NCBI RefSeq assembly: GCF_001194135.2 | Contig: NC_068981.1 | Coordinates: 189,890,052-189,954,051 of the forward strand | Direction of reading: 5' to 3' | Source of the DNA: Octopus bimaculoides | Taxonomy: Eukaryota | DNA: 64,000 nucleotides | Translations under genes and position numbers: made by a program | Shown: positions 50,325 to 62,110 of the stretch, in pieces | How positions within the stretch are numbered: the stretch's first letter is position 1 | Layout: each line of letters opens with the position of its first letter | The notes under the pieces: generated by a model | The model's input: the letters and a program-made list of their open reading frames with translations, nothing else | What the model was told of the DNA's origin: nothing | Databases searched by the model: none

Positions 50325-50499
50325 AAACTTTCTCCTTTCATTAAAACATTAAAACATTAATCCCATATTTCATAAGCTTTGTTCTTCCTGTGTTGTCCTA
50401 ATAATAATCCATTGTATATAAACGACACACCAACACACGTCCACATATCACCATCATCATCGTCTAACATTCATTTTCCATTCTTATTTCTTATTCCTT

Positions 50500-50960
50500 A
50501 TTTCTTTATTGCTCACAACGGGCTAAACATAGAGGGTATAAACAAGGACAGACAAATGGATTAAGTCTATTACATCGACCCCAGTGCGTAACTGGTACTT
50601 AATTTATTGACCCCGAAAGGATGAAAGTCGACCGCGGCGGAATTTAAACTCAGAACGTAACAGCAGACGAAATACCGCTAAGCATTTCGCCCAGCATACT
50701 AACGTTTCTGCCAGCTCACCACTTTCATTCTGGCATAGGTTGGACAGTTCGACAGGAGCTGGCCACACTCCAATTGTCTGCTGTAGCATGGTTTCTGTGG
50801 CTGGGTGCCCTTCCTAATGCCAACGGCTTTACTGGCGGCTTTTTGCATGTAACTGGCACCTGTAAAGGACATGGCTGTATGCATGGATGACTGCTATTTT
50901 ACTTAGCTTGACGTGTTTTTCAAGTACAGAAAATGGCCTCAAATTCTGCTTCGGAATTTT
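50500..50960 (-). mobile_element. SINE family C (50500-50722) and diverged family B (50725-50960)
   Basis: Homology to other copies. Confidence 0.8.
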
Positions 50961-51173
50961 CAGATGTGAATGAGGTGAAAGAAAAAAACAAAGGGGGAAT
51001 GAAAAGGCATAATTTCGCAAGAGTTCTAGGACTGCTTCAAACACTGAAAAATGCATCCGGACCAATGCATTGCCTCAAATGTATAATACTTTGAAGGCAA
51101 TAAAAGTGTAAACATGTAAAACTAAGTGAATACAATAATACTGCAAAATTCTAGTTTCTTTTCGGTACCCCCT

Positions 51174-51210
<37 letters not shown>

Positions 51211-51694
51211 AATAATGATAGTAAATAGTAATAATGTGTTTTGAATGGCACAGCAATGCTCTATAATAACAACAATGGACTATAATAACTGGTGTAGTTT
51301 AATCATCCATAAGTCTGATAGAATATCTCGGAATATCAAAATTCTTTCTTCAGATATCCCTAGGAATTGATCGAGTCACTGCTATAATCGATTTTCCAAC
51401 GGATTTTTTTTATTTTACAAACAATACACAATGCCTCAAGTGAACTACAACACTCTCCTATATATANNNNNNNNNNNNNNNNNNNNNNNNNNNNNNNNNN
51501 NNNNNNNNNNNNNNNNNNNNNNNNNNNNNNNNNNNNNNNNNNNNNNNNNNNNNNNNNNNNNNNNNNNNNNNNNNNNNNNNNNNNNNNNNNNNNNNNNNNN
51601 NNNNNNNNNNNNNNNNNNNNNNNNNNNNNNNNNNNNNNNNNNNNNNNNNNNNNNNNNNNNNNNNNNNNNNNNNNNNNNNNNNNNNNNNNNNNNN

Positions 51695-51772
<78 letters not shown>

Positions 51773-52539
51773 AGAGAGAGAGAGAAAAAGATAGATAGAC
51801 GTATCATTATAAGATCTTGCTTTATATTTGTTGAACTACATCAGGAATACTTAATGAAATATATGCAAATATTGAAGCAATGTAAACGTTGAAACATTAA
51901 ACTAAATCCTGTAGAGTATTTAATTTCATGTTACTATATTCACCATTGACTTTACCTTTTAATTTCCCAAAGCTGTTGAGGTAAGTGTTAAGCATGTTCT
52001 AGAATCTCTACAAAATGACAATAGAGATTCCTAAATTTTGTGATGTTTTTATGCTAATCCAGAGAATTAATGCAATGTAATGCATAGTTTTAAACTAGAA
52101 TTATGCATCCTGTTTCTGGTTCTATATTCCGTTCTTTGGTGTGATATGTAAATTTAATTGTCACTAGCGAAGCAGGTACCAGATCTATTGTAACTTTCTG
52201 CCAGATCAAGTACAGATCATAGAACATTTCTAATTCCCAAGAACGTCAGTCATTTGAGACTTATAACATGTAACTACGCAATCTAATAAAGGAGGTTCCA
52301 GCTGGATGTTGGACGAATTAAAAATAGCAGTTGTAACTCCCTCAAAATCCCTGCTTTTCGCTTTGAAGAAGACTGGTTGTACAATGGATAGACAAAATGA
52401 ATGATAGTCATGGTTGGAATGTCTTTGATCATAGGTTTACTTAATTAGGACTTAGTTAGCCTTAAACACAAATGTAAATTGTTTTTTCAATACAGCATGT
52501 CTATTAAGTGATTCTCTCTCGGAACAAAAGCCACAGTAT

Positions 52540-52740
52540 CATGCCTGTGACCATGCTGGAGCACCACCTGAAGAATTTTAGTCAAACAAATTGACCCCAG
52601 CACTTATTTTTTTTTTAAGCTTGGTACTTATTCCATCAGTTACTTTTTGCTAAGCATTTCGCCCGGCGCGCTAACATTTCTGCCAGCCCCTTGCCTTCTT
52701 TCAGTTTCTGTCTACCTCTTCCACTCACAAAGCTTTATTT
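52540..52740 (-). mobile_element. SINE A fragments with a nested SINE C 5' fragment (52640-52695)
   Basis: GCTAAGCATTTCGCCCGGCGCGCTAACATTTCTGCCAGC lies between A segments. Confidence 0.7.
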
Positions 52741-53174
52741 AATGTGTTTTGTACAAATGTTTAAGTGAGGGAGTGGTTATATCCTTGCTTTAAGTTTTAC
52801 ATCTACCAATGTCAATGGTTCTTGTTTTATTAATATTTTTACCCCCAAAGCAAGGAAGATGATGAAGTTAGCCATCAAAACGATTTTGTCACTTGGCAAC
52901 CAAATCATCGTCTTCATAAATTTTTGATTACTTACTTGCCTTGCAATACGAACACTGATACGTTTCCGAAATGTTTTTCAAAACGATTTTGAATATTTGA
53001 AACAAATTACAGAATTTCATGGCGATTATACTTTAGAACTTTGTGAAATATAATACCTGAATTAATTAAATGTTATTATATTGATATATGATATATTAGA
53101 TATATAGAATATTAATTTAAGCATTCATCATCGTTATTTCATCGACTTATACATAAATGACTTGATATAAAAAT

Positions 53175-53420
53175 CTTCATTATTATCATTTAATGACCAT
53201 GTTCCATGCTGGCATGGGTTTGACAGGATCCAATGGGTTCAAGTACCGCAACATGCTCCAGCGTCTGCCTTGGTATGGTTGTTCCAGCTGGACACCCTTC
53301 TAATTGCAAACCATTTTACAGAGTGAACTGGGTGCTTTCTTTGTGGTAGTAGCATTGTGAGGACACCTTGCAACTTGCAAGAGTATGAACCCCAAGAAAG
53401 ACAGCTTTGTCTTGGGAGAT
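53175..53420 (-). mobile_element. Family B tail, diverged
   Basis: CAGCTGGACACCCTTCTAATTGCAAACC. Confidence 0.65.
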
Positions 53421-53825
53421 GAGAAGTGAAAATATAACAGACGGGCCAAAGGAGAAAAGGTGTCTTGCTGTAGAGCAGCCACGTGGCTTCTTGCATTTTA
53501 GAAGAGAAGAGAAGGTGTCTGAGTGAGACCTCAAAGTACAAGGTATGTAGAAGTGTATGGGAGGAAAAGAACTGGTGTGGAGATGGAAAGATTGTATGAG
53601 AGAGTAAGAGTCTGGGAGTGAGTGAGAGGATGAATAGAATGAATGAAGGACAAATGTTGAGTTGATGAGAAGTAGGTGTTACAGGGGAAAGTAGGTGAGA
53701 ACTGTAGAGATTGGATAGGGTTGAGGAGTGAATGTCATGACAAGTAAGTGGTAGGGAGTGAGCAATGACAATCGATGTAAAGAGTAGCAGAAGAGTAATG
53801 CTGATAGAGTAGACAGGAGAGAACT

Positions 53826-53868
<43 letters not shown>

Positions 53869-54674
53869 TGAGAGAGAAAGAGGGAGAGAGAGAGAGAGGA
53901 AGATGGCAAGTGGTTGGGTAAGTTGCAAGAGTGTGGAGCAGTGTTGTCTTAAGAGATGGGCACACTGGGCTGTTGCCCAGGAACCTTTCAGATTTAGGGA
54001 GCCCAATTCTGATCTGTGTATGTTGTGACTTGCTGATAATAAATAAATACTGTAAGGCCCAGTATGTTGATTTTCCCAGGGATAAATAATATTGTTAAGA
54101 GGTCCCTGGTATGGGGCAGAGAGGCAGGTGTAGTGCATGGAGAGAGGGAGAGACATATGCTAGTAGAGAAGGCAGCATGATTTGGTGACTTAGGGGAGCA
54201 AGAGCTATGTAAAATGTGAGTGGAGAGGACAGAATATAAATGAATATCTAGTGAAATGGTTCCGGTATCATAGCTCCCCACCCCGCTTGTTTTAGTAAAG
54301 CACACTTGAAATATTGCCAAATATCTACAATGTAATTAGTCTATAAACATATAATTAATTACATTATGGTATTTATCAGCATCCATTATCAGAAGGTAAA
54401 AATATCAGCACCCCAAATGACTGTAATACGATAGAATGTCATGTGACTTTGATCAATAAATTTTCTGTTTGATTTTTGTTACAATATTTTTTTACTGTTC
54501 TGATTATTTATAAATTAATACAGAATAAACGTATTTTAAAGTAAATTTAGGATAACGAAATTTTATACAACGTTGTCATCGCTAATTAAAGTTCAAAGTT
54601 ATAAACTTTATACGGACTTCACCTCTGAACAGATTGGCTTAAGATGAGTGAAAATAAGCTCAAGGGAATTGGCA

Positions 54675-54936
54675 ACTCATTGTCATCATCATCGTCGTCA
54701 TCATCATCAGCATCATCGTCGTCGTCATCATCACTATTATCATCATCACCACTATCATCGTCGTCGTCAACATCATCATTGGTGGTGGTGGTGGCGTCCT
54801 CACCATCAACATTGTCATCATCATTTCTGACGTCATCAGTGTCATCATTGTCATCGTCGTCGTCGTCGTCGTCATCATCATTATCGTCATCGTCATCATC
54901 ATTATCATCATCATCATCATCATCATCATCATCGTT

Positions 54937-54969
<33 letters not shown>

Positions 54970-55130
54970 GTTATCATTGTTGTCATCATCATTATCATCA
55001 TCGTTGTCATCATCATCGTCATCATCATCATCATCGTTGTCATCATCATCATCATTGTCGTCATCATTGTTGACATCATCATCATCGTTGTCATCATCAT
55101 CATCATCATCATCGTCATCATCATCCCCAT
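54675..55130. repeat. Degenerate (CAT)n/(CGT)n array, probably an expanded RTE tail
   Basis: Followed by a family B end at 55130-55290. Confidence 0.9.
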
Positions 55131-55509
55131 CCTTATCACACTTCAATGTTCACTTTCCATGCTGGTGTGGATTATAAGGTTTGATAGCATCCAGTAAGAT
55201 TTCTTTCCAGTGAGCTGCATCCTGCTCCTTTGTCTGCTTTAGGATGGTTTCTTTGTCTGGAGGCCCCTCCTAATGTCAGCCACTTTACACAGTCATTTTT
55301 CCTTCGTCTCTCTTTTTTTTTCATGACATCAGATCTGAAACATTTGAAGAAAAAAGTGTTCCAAGAGAAACTATTTGATGTTTTTCACCGAATATTTATT
55401 AATTCCTAAGATTTCTTTCTTTAAGTTTCAATATATTTTGAAGGAGATTTTCTGAAGAAAATTAAATGTGTACATTTATGTCTTAACAGTCATGTCCAAA
55501 AGGAATGAG

Positions 55510-55512
55510 CTG

Positions 55513-55561
<49 letters not shown>

Positions 55562-56090
55562 TTAACGTCCGCTTTCCATGCTAGCATGGATTGGACGATT
55601 TGACTGAGGACTGGTGAACCAGATGGCTACACCAAGCTCCAAGCTGATTTGGCAGAGTTTCTACAGCTGGATGCCCTTCCTAATGCCAACCACTCCAAGA
55701 GTGTAGTGGGTGCTTTTACGTGCCACCAGCACGAAGGCCAGTCAGGTGGTATACTGGCAACGGCCACGCTCAAATGGTGTATTTCACGTACCATCTGCAC
55801 AGGAGCCAGTCCAGTGGCATTGGCAACGATCTCGCTCGAATGTCTTTTCACGTGCCACCGGCACAAGTGCCAGTAAGGCGACGCTGGTAACGATCACGCT
55901 CAAATGGTGCTATTTACGTGCCACTAGCATGGAAGCCAGACAGCTGCTCTGGCAACGATCACGCTTGAATGGTGCTCTTAGCACTCCACTGGTATAGGTA
56001 CCATCACGATTTTGCTTTCGCTTGCCCCAACAGGTCTTCGCAAGCCGAGTTTAGTGTCCAATGAAGGAGAGGCTAGCATGGGTGCCAGTC
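55510..56090 (-). mobile_element. RTE 3' UTR (family B) with ~5 internal ~60-bp subrepeats
   Basis: Joins the GAAGACCTGTTG..CAAG.GAAA segment also seen at 4985-5010. Confidence 0.85.
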
Positions 56091-56321
56091 GTCTGTGTCT
56101 GTGGCTTTTGCAAGCTGTCCAAGATTTGGCGGTTGACATTCTTCCTGAATGTTTTCAGGATGATGACAGCAGCAAAAATATGGGCATCCAGTGGGATGAC
56201 ATTCTGGGAGGAAGGATTGTATATAGCACTTGTAGTGTTTATAGGGGTAGATACGCTGAGGAAGATGAGAGGAAGAGAAATAAGGGAATTAAGTGGGTCT
56301 AAGTGGAAGTAAAATGGTGTG

Positions 56322-56590
56322 AAGGCACGTGGTTTAGTGGTTAGGGTGTTCAGCTCATGATCATGAGGCCATGTGTTCGATTCCTTGTGATAAAAATGAG
56401 TTGTATCCGTAATTCAAAGGGCCATCCTTGACACATTTAGTGTCAAGCTGGATCTGCCTGAGAGCTACGTCAAAGGTATGTGTGTCTGTGGAGTACGCAG
56501 CCACTTGCAGGTTAATTTCACAAGCAGGCTGTTCCGTTGATCAGATCAACTGGAACCCTTATCGTTATAACCAACGGATGCCAGTATAAC
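56322..56590 (+). mobile_element. SINE family F, internally deleted
   Basis: GAAGGCACGTGGTTTAGTGGTTAGGGTGTT...GTGTTCGATTCC head; tail as at 6415. Confidence 0.75.
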
Positions 56591-56794
56591 ACGACAGCAG
56601 TTTTAAGAAGCAGTGGAAGGAGATGAAGAGGAAGTGGACACCATATATGTCCACTAGTCACTGTAATGTGTTGATAAGTGGCCTTTCTTTCAATGCAATC
56701 TAGAATGTCTACATATATGGAGCAGCAGTAGTAGCAGCAGCAGTTAAAGCAGCACAACCTCTAAAGTAGGAGACACAATATTTACTTTAAACTA

Positions 56795-57385
56795 AGGCGA
56801 CGAGCTGGCAGAAACGTTAGCACGCCGGACGAAATGCTTAGCAGTATTTCGTCTGCCGTTACGTTCTGAGTTCAAATTCCGCCAAGGTTGACTTTGCCTT
56901 TCATCCTTTCAGCTTCGATAAGTTAAGTACCAGTGAAACACTGGAGTTCATATAATCGAATTAACCCGATTGTCTGTCCTTGTTTGTCCCCTCTTTGTGT
57001 AGCCCCTTGTGGGCAGTAAAGAAATAAGAACCGTTAGCACTACGCACGAAATGCTTAGCAGTATTTCATCCGTCTTTACATTCTGAGTTCAAATTCCTCC
57101 GAGGTTGACTTTGCCTTTCATCCTTTCAGGGTCGATAAATTAAGTAGCAGTTGCGTACTGAGGTTGATCTAATCGACTGGTTCATCCTCCAAAATTTCAA
57201 GCCTTGTGCCTAGAATAGAAAAGATTCTTTTATATGTCCTGAGTTCAAATTGCGCTAAGGTCAACTTTGCCTTTCATCCTTTCAGGGTTGATAAATTAAG
57301 TACCAGTTGCATTCTGGGGTCGATCTAATCAACTGGCCCCTCTCCCCCTAAAATTTGAGACCTTGTGTGTAGAATAGTAAAGGAT
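56795..57385 (+). mobile_element. Three head-to-tail SINE family C copies
   Basis: GAGTTCAAATT...GACTTTGCCTTTCATCCTTTC recurs at ~56868, ~57085 and ~57240. Confidence 0.9.
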
Positions 57386-57429
57386 GTTGTCTAACTCTGG
57401 TCTTTGAATTATTTTATTGAGAAGATTTG

Positions 57430-57578
57430 GATGATTGGTTAACTAGCTTGCTTCCTAACTGTGGTTTCAAGTTCAGTCCCATTGCACCGCCTCTTGGGTT
57501 AGTGTCTTCAATTATAACCCTAGGTCAAACAAAGCCTTTTGAGTGGATTTCATAAACGGAAATTGAAAGTAGCTTATA

Positions 57579-57580
<2 letters not shown>
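57430..57580 (+). mobile_element. SINE family A 5' half ending in (TA)n/gap
   Basis: Diverged head and core. Confidence 0.7.
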
Positions 57581-57631
<51 letters not shown>

Positions 57632-58045
57632 NNNNNNNNNNNNNNNNNNNNNNNNNNNNNNNNNNNNNNNNNNNNNNNNNNNNNNNNNNNNNNNNNNNNN
57701 NNNNNNNNNNNNNNNNNNNNNNNNNNNNNNNNNNNNNNNNNNNNNNNNNNNNNNNNNNNNNNNNNNNNNNNNNNNNNNNNNNNNNNNNNNNNNNNNNNNN
57801 NNNNNNNNNNNNNNNNNNNNNNNNNNNNNNNNNNNNNNNNNNNNNNNNNNNNNNNNNNNNNNNNNNNNNNNNNNNNNNNNNNNNNNNNNNNNNNNNNNNN
57901 NNNNNNNNNNNNNNNNNNNNNNNNNNNNNNNNNNNNNNNNNNNNNNNNNNNNNNNNNNNNNNNNNNNNNNNNNNNNNNNNNNNNNNNNNNNNNNNNNNNN
58001 NNNNNNNNNNNNNNNNNNNNNNNNNNNNNNNNNNNNNNNNNNNNN

Positions 58046-58087
<42 letters not shown>

Positions 58088-58209
58088 CTTGGCGTGACAT
58101 TACTTGATGATTGTAAACAAGAATTACCATCGTACAATCAATACTGTTAATTTCCAGTCTTCCATGAAAAACACGTCAAGTAATATACTTTTCCACTCGA
58201 GGCACAATG

Positions 58210-58640
58210 CACGGAATTTTTAGGGAGGGGGAGCAGTCGATTAGATCGACCTCAGTACGTAACTGGTACTTAATTTATCGACCCTGAAAGGATGAAAGGC
58301 AAAGTTGACCTCGGCGTAGTTTGAACTTAGTACGTAAGAATAGACAAAATACCGCTAAGCATTTTGCCCGGCGTGCTAACATTTCTGCCAGCTCGCCGCC
58401 TTCTGCACGTCAATTAGAATATTACCCAGTTAGACAAACAGGTGAAGGTTGATGACAGGAAAGGCATCCGGCTTTGAAAAAATATCTGCCTTCAACAATT
58501 TCCATCTAATTCCTGCAATCGTGAAAAAGTGGAGTGGACGTTACACAACAACGAGGATGATAATGATGAAGATAATGATGATGATGATGATGATGACGGT
58601 CACAATGATGACGGTCACAATGATGATGATATTTGACTAC
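58210..58640. mobile_element. SINE C (58210-58405, minus) and B2 tail (58420-58640, plus)
   Basis: Homology to other copies. Confidence 0.8.
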
Positions 58641-58996
58641 CACTGTACGTTGCCCAAATTTACATAAGCACTATATTGCTATTCAATATCTGAGACATTA
58701 GCAAATATGTTAATATGTAAATTTTAGACTAATTCAATAATAATGTAAATAGTCGACCGAAGGGAAAAGCAAATAGAAAATGTTTATGTTTCATGTCTCA
58801 TATTTTATAAAATCAGAGATGTGTATATAAAGGGATTCTGTGAAAGTATGTTTAGAAATAAAATAAACATGATGGGAGAGATTAAAGGGAAAGAGGGGAA
58901 TGTGTGAGTGGAAGGTGGAGTGAGAGTGAGAGTGAGAGAGAAGAGGCTGATCATAATGATGAAGCTTACATAGCCATGGAATGAGAGAGAGAGAGA

Positions 58997-59037
<41 letters not shown>

Positions 59038-59311
59038 GAATGACTCTGTAGGGGACACGGTTATGAGGTGAATGTGAGAGTGTATGAGAGAAAGGTGTGG
59101 ATAACAATGCGACTTGGAGAGAGAGAGAGAGAGAACGGAATTTGTTCCTGATAGAGATGGAAACGGCAGGGAGATAAGGATGAGAATATAAGACAGTTAT
59201 TCTGGAACTGGGTAGAGGTAACACCTCTCAGGAGGTGTTGTAAATTTGCAAGGGGTGGAAAGTATCACAGGGGTATGATGAGGCGTTTTGATGGGTCATA
59301 ACTATTTTTAG

Positions 59312-59712
59312 AAGGATGGCCGTGTGGTAAATAGCTTGCTTAGCAATCACATGGTTCTGGGTTCAGTCCCACTGCGTGGCACCTTGGGCAAATGTCTTCT
59401 ACTATAGCCTCGAGCCGATCAAAGCCTTGTGAGTGGATTTGGTAGACGGAAACTGAAAGAAGCCTATCGTATATATGTATATATATGTGCGTGTGTATGT
59501 TTGTGTTTGTCCCCCTAACATCGCTTGACAATCGATGCTGGTGTGTCTACGTCCCCGTAACATAGTGGGTCGGCAAAAGAGACCCGATAAAATAAGTACT
59601 AGGCTAACAAAGAGTAAGTGCTGGGGTCCATTTGTTCGACTAAAGGCAGTGCTCCAGCAAGGCCGCAGTCAAATGACTGAAACAAGTTAAAGAATAAAAG
59701 AGTAAAAGAATA
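59312..59712 (+). mobile_element. SINE family A, full copy
   Basis: Near-consensus. Confidence 0.9.
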
Positions 59713-60419
59713 CGGATGATAAGCACCTACTGCACAAAATATGAGCAATTAAATATGCATGTGTCCTGGTGTAATTTTAAGGGTAATCATTTTAACACAG
59801 AGCATCTTAAATTTGTGAGGGACCATCAAGGAATCAGAGGAAGATGACCTTATTTCACTCGTTTACTGTTTTGCTAATTCCAACCTGTTTGGTTATTCAA
59901 TTCTTGAAACTGTTTTATGGATTGGATGATATTTGACAGCGAGGCATGCACAACCAAATAGTTTGAAATAGTAAAACGTCTTCATGACTAAATCAGACAT
60001 GCTGACATGACACAAGCAGAAGGAAATGCAATATCAGGTGTAATATAATCAGCTTTAATATGCCAAAAATAATTCTAAAATTATTGAGTTTAGTCATCTG
60101 AAATGACAACGGCAGAGACAAAGTGATAATTACAAAAAAATTGCAGAGAACAAAAAATGCAAAGATTGTTGCATTTCTTAGAAGATTTGAATTCAACTTC
60201 ATTTTCAGAATATAAATTTTTAATATGGCAGTAGGTGTCATGCACCATGGATTAGCAAACATGTTCATAAAGAGTTGAATGGATGGATCACCTTAATTGT
60301 TATCTGCAACTGTTTTACTTCAAGTTTTTTTGGCTTTTAAGAAGAATTATAAACATATCATATGGTTTTCTCAACTTAATATCTTGGGTTTTAATGCCTG
60401 GCAGTCTATTTGAGATATA

Positions 60420-61705
60420 TTAGGTTGTCAAGAAAGTTCTTGTGGTTTTTAACCTTTAAATTCAGATGCACATGTCTCGGCTCAAAAACTTTATGAAACG
60501 AAATAAACACCAGCAAAATCAACACACTTTTGCCAACGCGAAACAAGTTTATTTACGCCAGTAGCATAAAGATCCTGCGTTCTGGTGGCGATGAAGTCGT
60601 TGAAGGCATGTTTGGCATCGTCTTGGTTTTTGAAGCATTTTTCACGCAGGAAGTTGTCGAGATGCTTGAAAAAGTGGTAGTCAGGAGGCGAGAGGTCTGG
60701 TGACTGGCAGATGAGGCAGAGTTTCGTAGCCCAATTCGTTCAACTTCTGCAAAGTCAGTTGTGTGACGTGCAGCCAAGTGTTGTTGTGGAGAAGAATTGG
60801 TCCTTTTCTATTGACCAATGCTGGCCGTTGTTGTCAGAGTTTCTTATACATTTCATCCATTTGCTGACAATATTTCTCTGCCGTAATGGTTTCGCCTGGA
60901 TCTAAAAGGCTGTGATGGATGAGACCAGCCGCAGACCACTAAACAGTCACCATGACCTTCTTTCGGTGCAACTTTGGCTTCGGAAAATGCCATGGAGTTT
61001 CGTCGGCATCCAACCACTGAGCTGAGCATCGTCGGTTGTCATAAAGAATCCACTTTTTATCACAAGTCACAATCTGGTCGATAAACGAGTCGTTCTTGTT
61101 GCGTAAAAGAAGGGAAGACGACACTTCAAAACAGCGTTTTCTTTTGGTTGTCGTTCAATTTGTGGAGCACCCATTTCTCAAGTATTTTTGTTTTTCCAAT
61201 CTCTTTCAAGTGGTTGAAAATTGTATACATCATGTCTAATTCAGAAGCAATCTCTCGAACAGTTGTGTGTGGATTGGCTTCGACTAAGGCTCATAGTTGA
61301 TCGTTGTCAACATCTAATGGCTGACCACTATGCTTATCATTTTCAAGACTCTCGTCACCGCTGCGAAATTTCTTGAACCACCATTTTGCTGTACGTTCAT
61401 TAGTGGTTCTTGGGCCAAATGCATCATTGATATCGCAAGCTGTTTCAGCAGCTTTTCGGCCTAGCTTGAACTGGAATAAGAAAATTGTGCGAATTTGCTT
61501 TTTGTCCATGTTGTATTCAACATTCTGGAGAAAATGGCCTAATTATTAAAAAAAAAAAAAGAGTAACACGATTAGATAGAGCAAAAAACAAAACGGGCTT
61601 TAAAATGATATATAAGACCAAAGTAATTTAATGAAAATTAATTTGAAAATACATCATTTAAAACCAAAATTAAAAATTCTGCAAGATCTTTCTTGACAAC
61701 CTTAA
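60420..61705 (-). mobile_element. Full-length (~1.29 kb) Hsmar1-like mariner relic
   Basis: TIRs TTAGGTTGTCAAGAAAGTTCTTGTGG / CTGCAAGATCTTTCTTGACAACCTTAA with TA flanks; transposase from ~61509 to ~60495 with stops and frameshifts. Confidence 0.95.
60495..61509 (-). pseudogene. mariner transposase pseudogene (cecropia subfamily, Hsmar1/SETMAR-like)
   Basis: MDKKQIRTIFLFQFKLGRKAAETA...[13 protein letters not shown]...KKVMVTV*WSAAGLIHHS...GETITAEKYCQQMDEM...PALVNRKGPILLHNN...LQKLNELGY...SPDLSPPDYHFFKHLDNFL...LVSRWQKCVD. Confidence 0.9.
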
Positions 61706-61915
61706 ATATATGATAAAAGACAAACGCTTTGAAATATTTTGGAGAGAAGATGGTTAAAGAAAAGCTTCCAAAATCCTGAAAACTAAATAGTATTTGATAT
61801 CTGGTGTAAATCTAGGCAAAATAGTTTTGATAGGAAATAAAATAAATTCATACATAGCATAGAGGTTAAAAGCTATTTTCACATTTTGAAGATATAAAAT
61901 TGTAAAGAAAATTTA

Positions 61916-62110
61916 GTGATTATTAAATGTGGCTTTTCAGCAAGGTCTGTATGCTATTTGTTGCAGAAGGCTGGTCTGGGTCTCGAACCCAGACAGCTGA
62001 AGAAAGCCACCGAGACTGTAAACATGGCAACTGAAACCAGCTCAAGAAATAGGGATGGTGGGCTGACAAGAGGCTTCAGGTGGCACTCTTCTGAAGATGA
62101 AGACTGACTC
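61916..62110 (+). mobile_element. Possible HERO/NeSL-type RLE LINE C-terminus
   Basis: KCGFSARSVCYLLQKAGLG...KKATETVNMATETSS resembles the GCRGF...S...LL..LG......A.....AAE.AS end motif. Confidence 0.45.

Noticed and set aside
53420-54230. Purine-rich blocks (also 36400-36850, 37200-37530, 58850-59230) as LINE ORFs
   Set aside because: Probably old repeats, but no diagnostic motif could be read.
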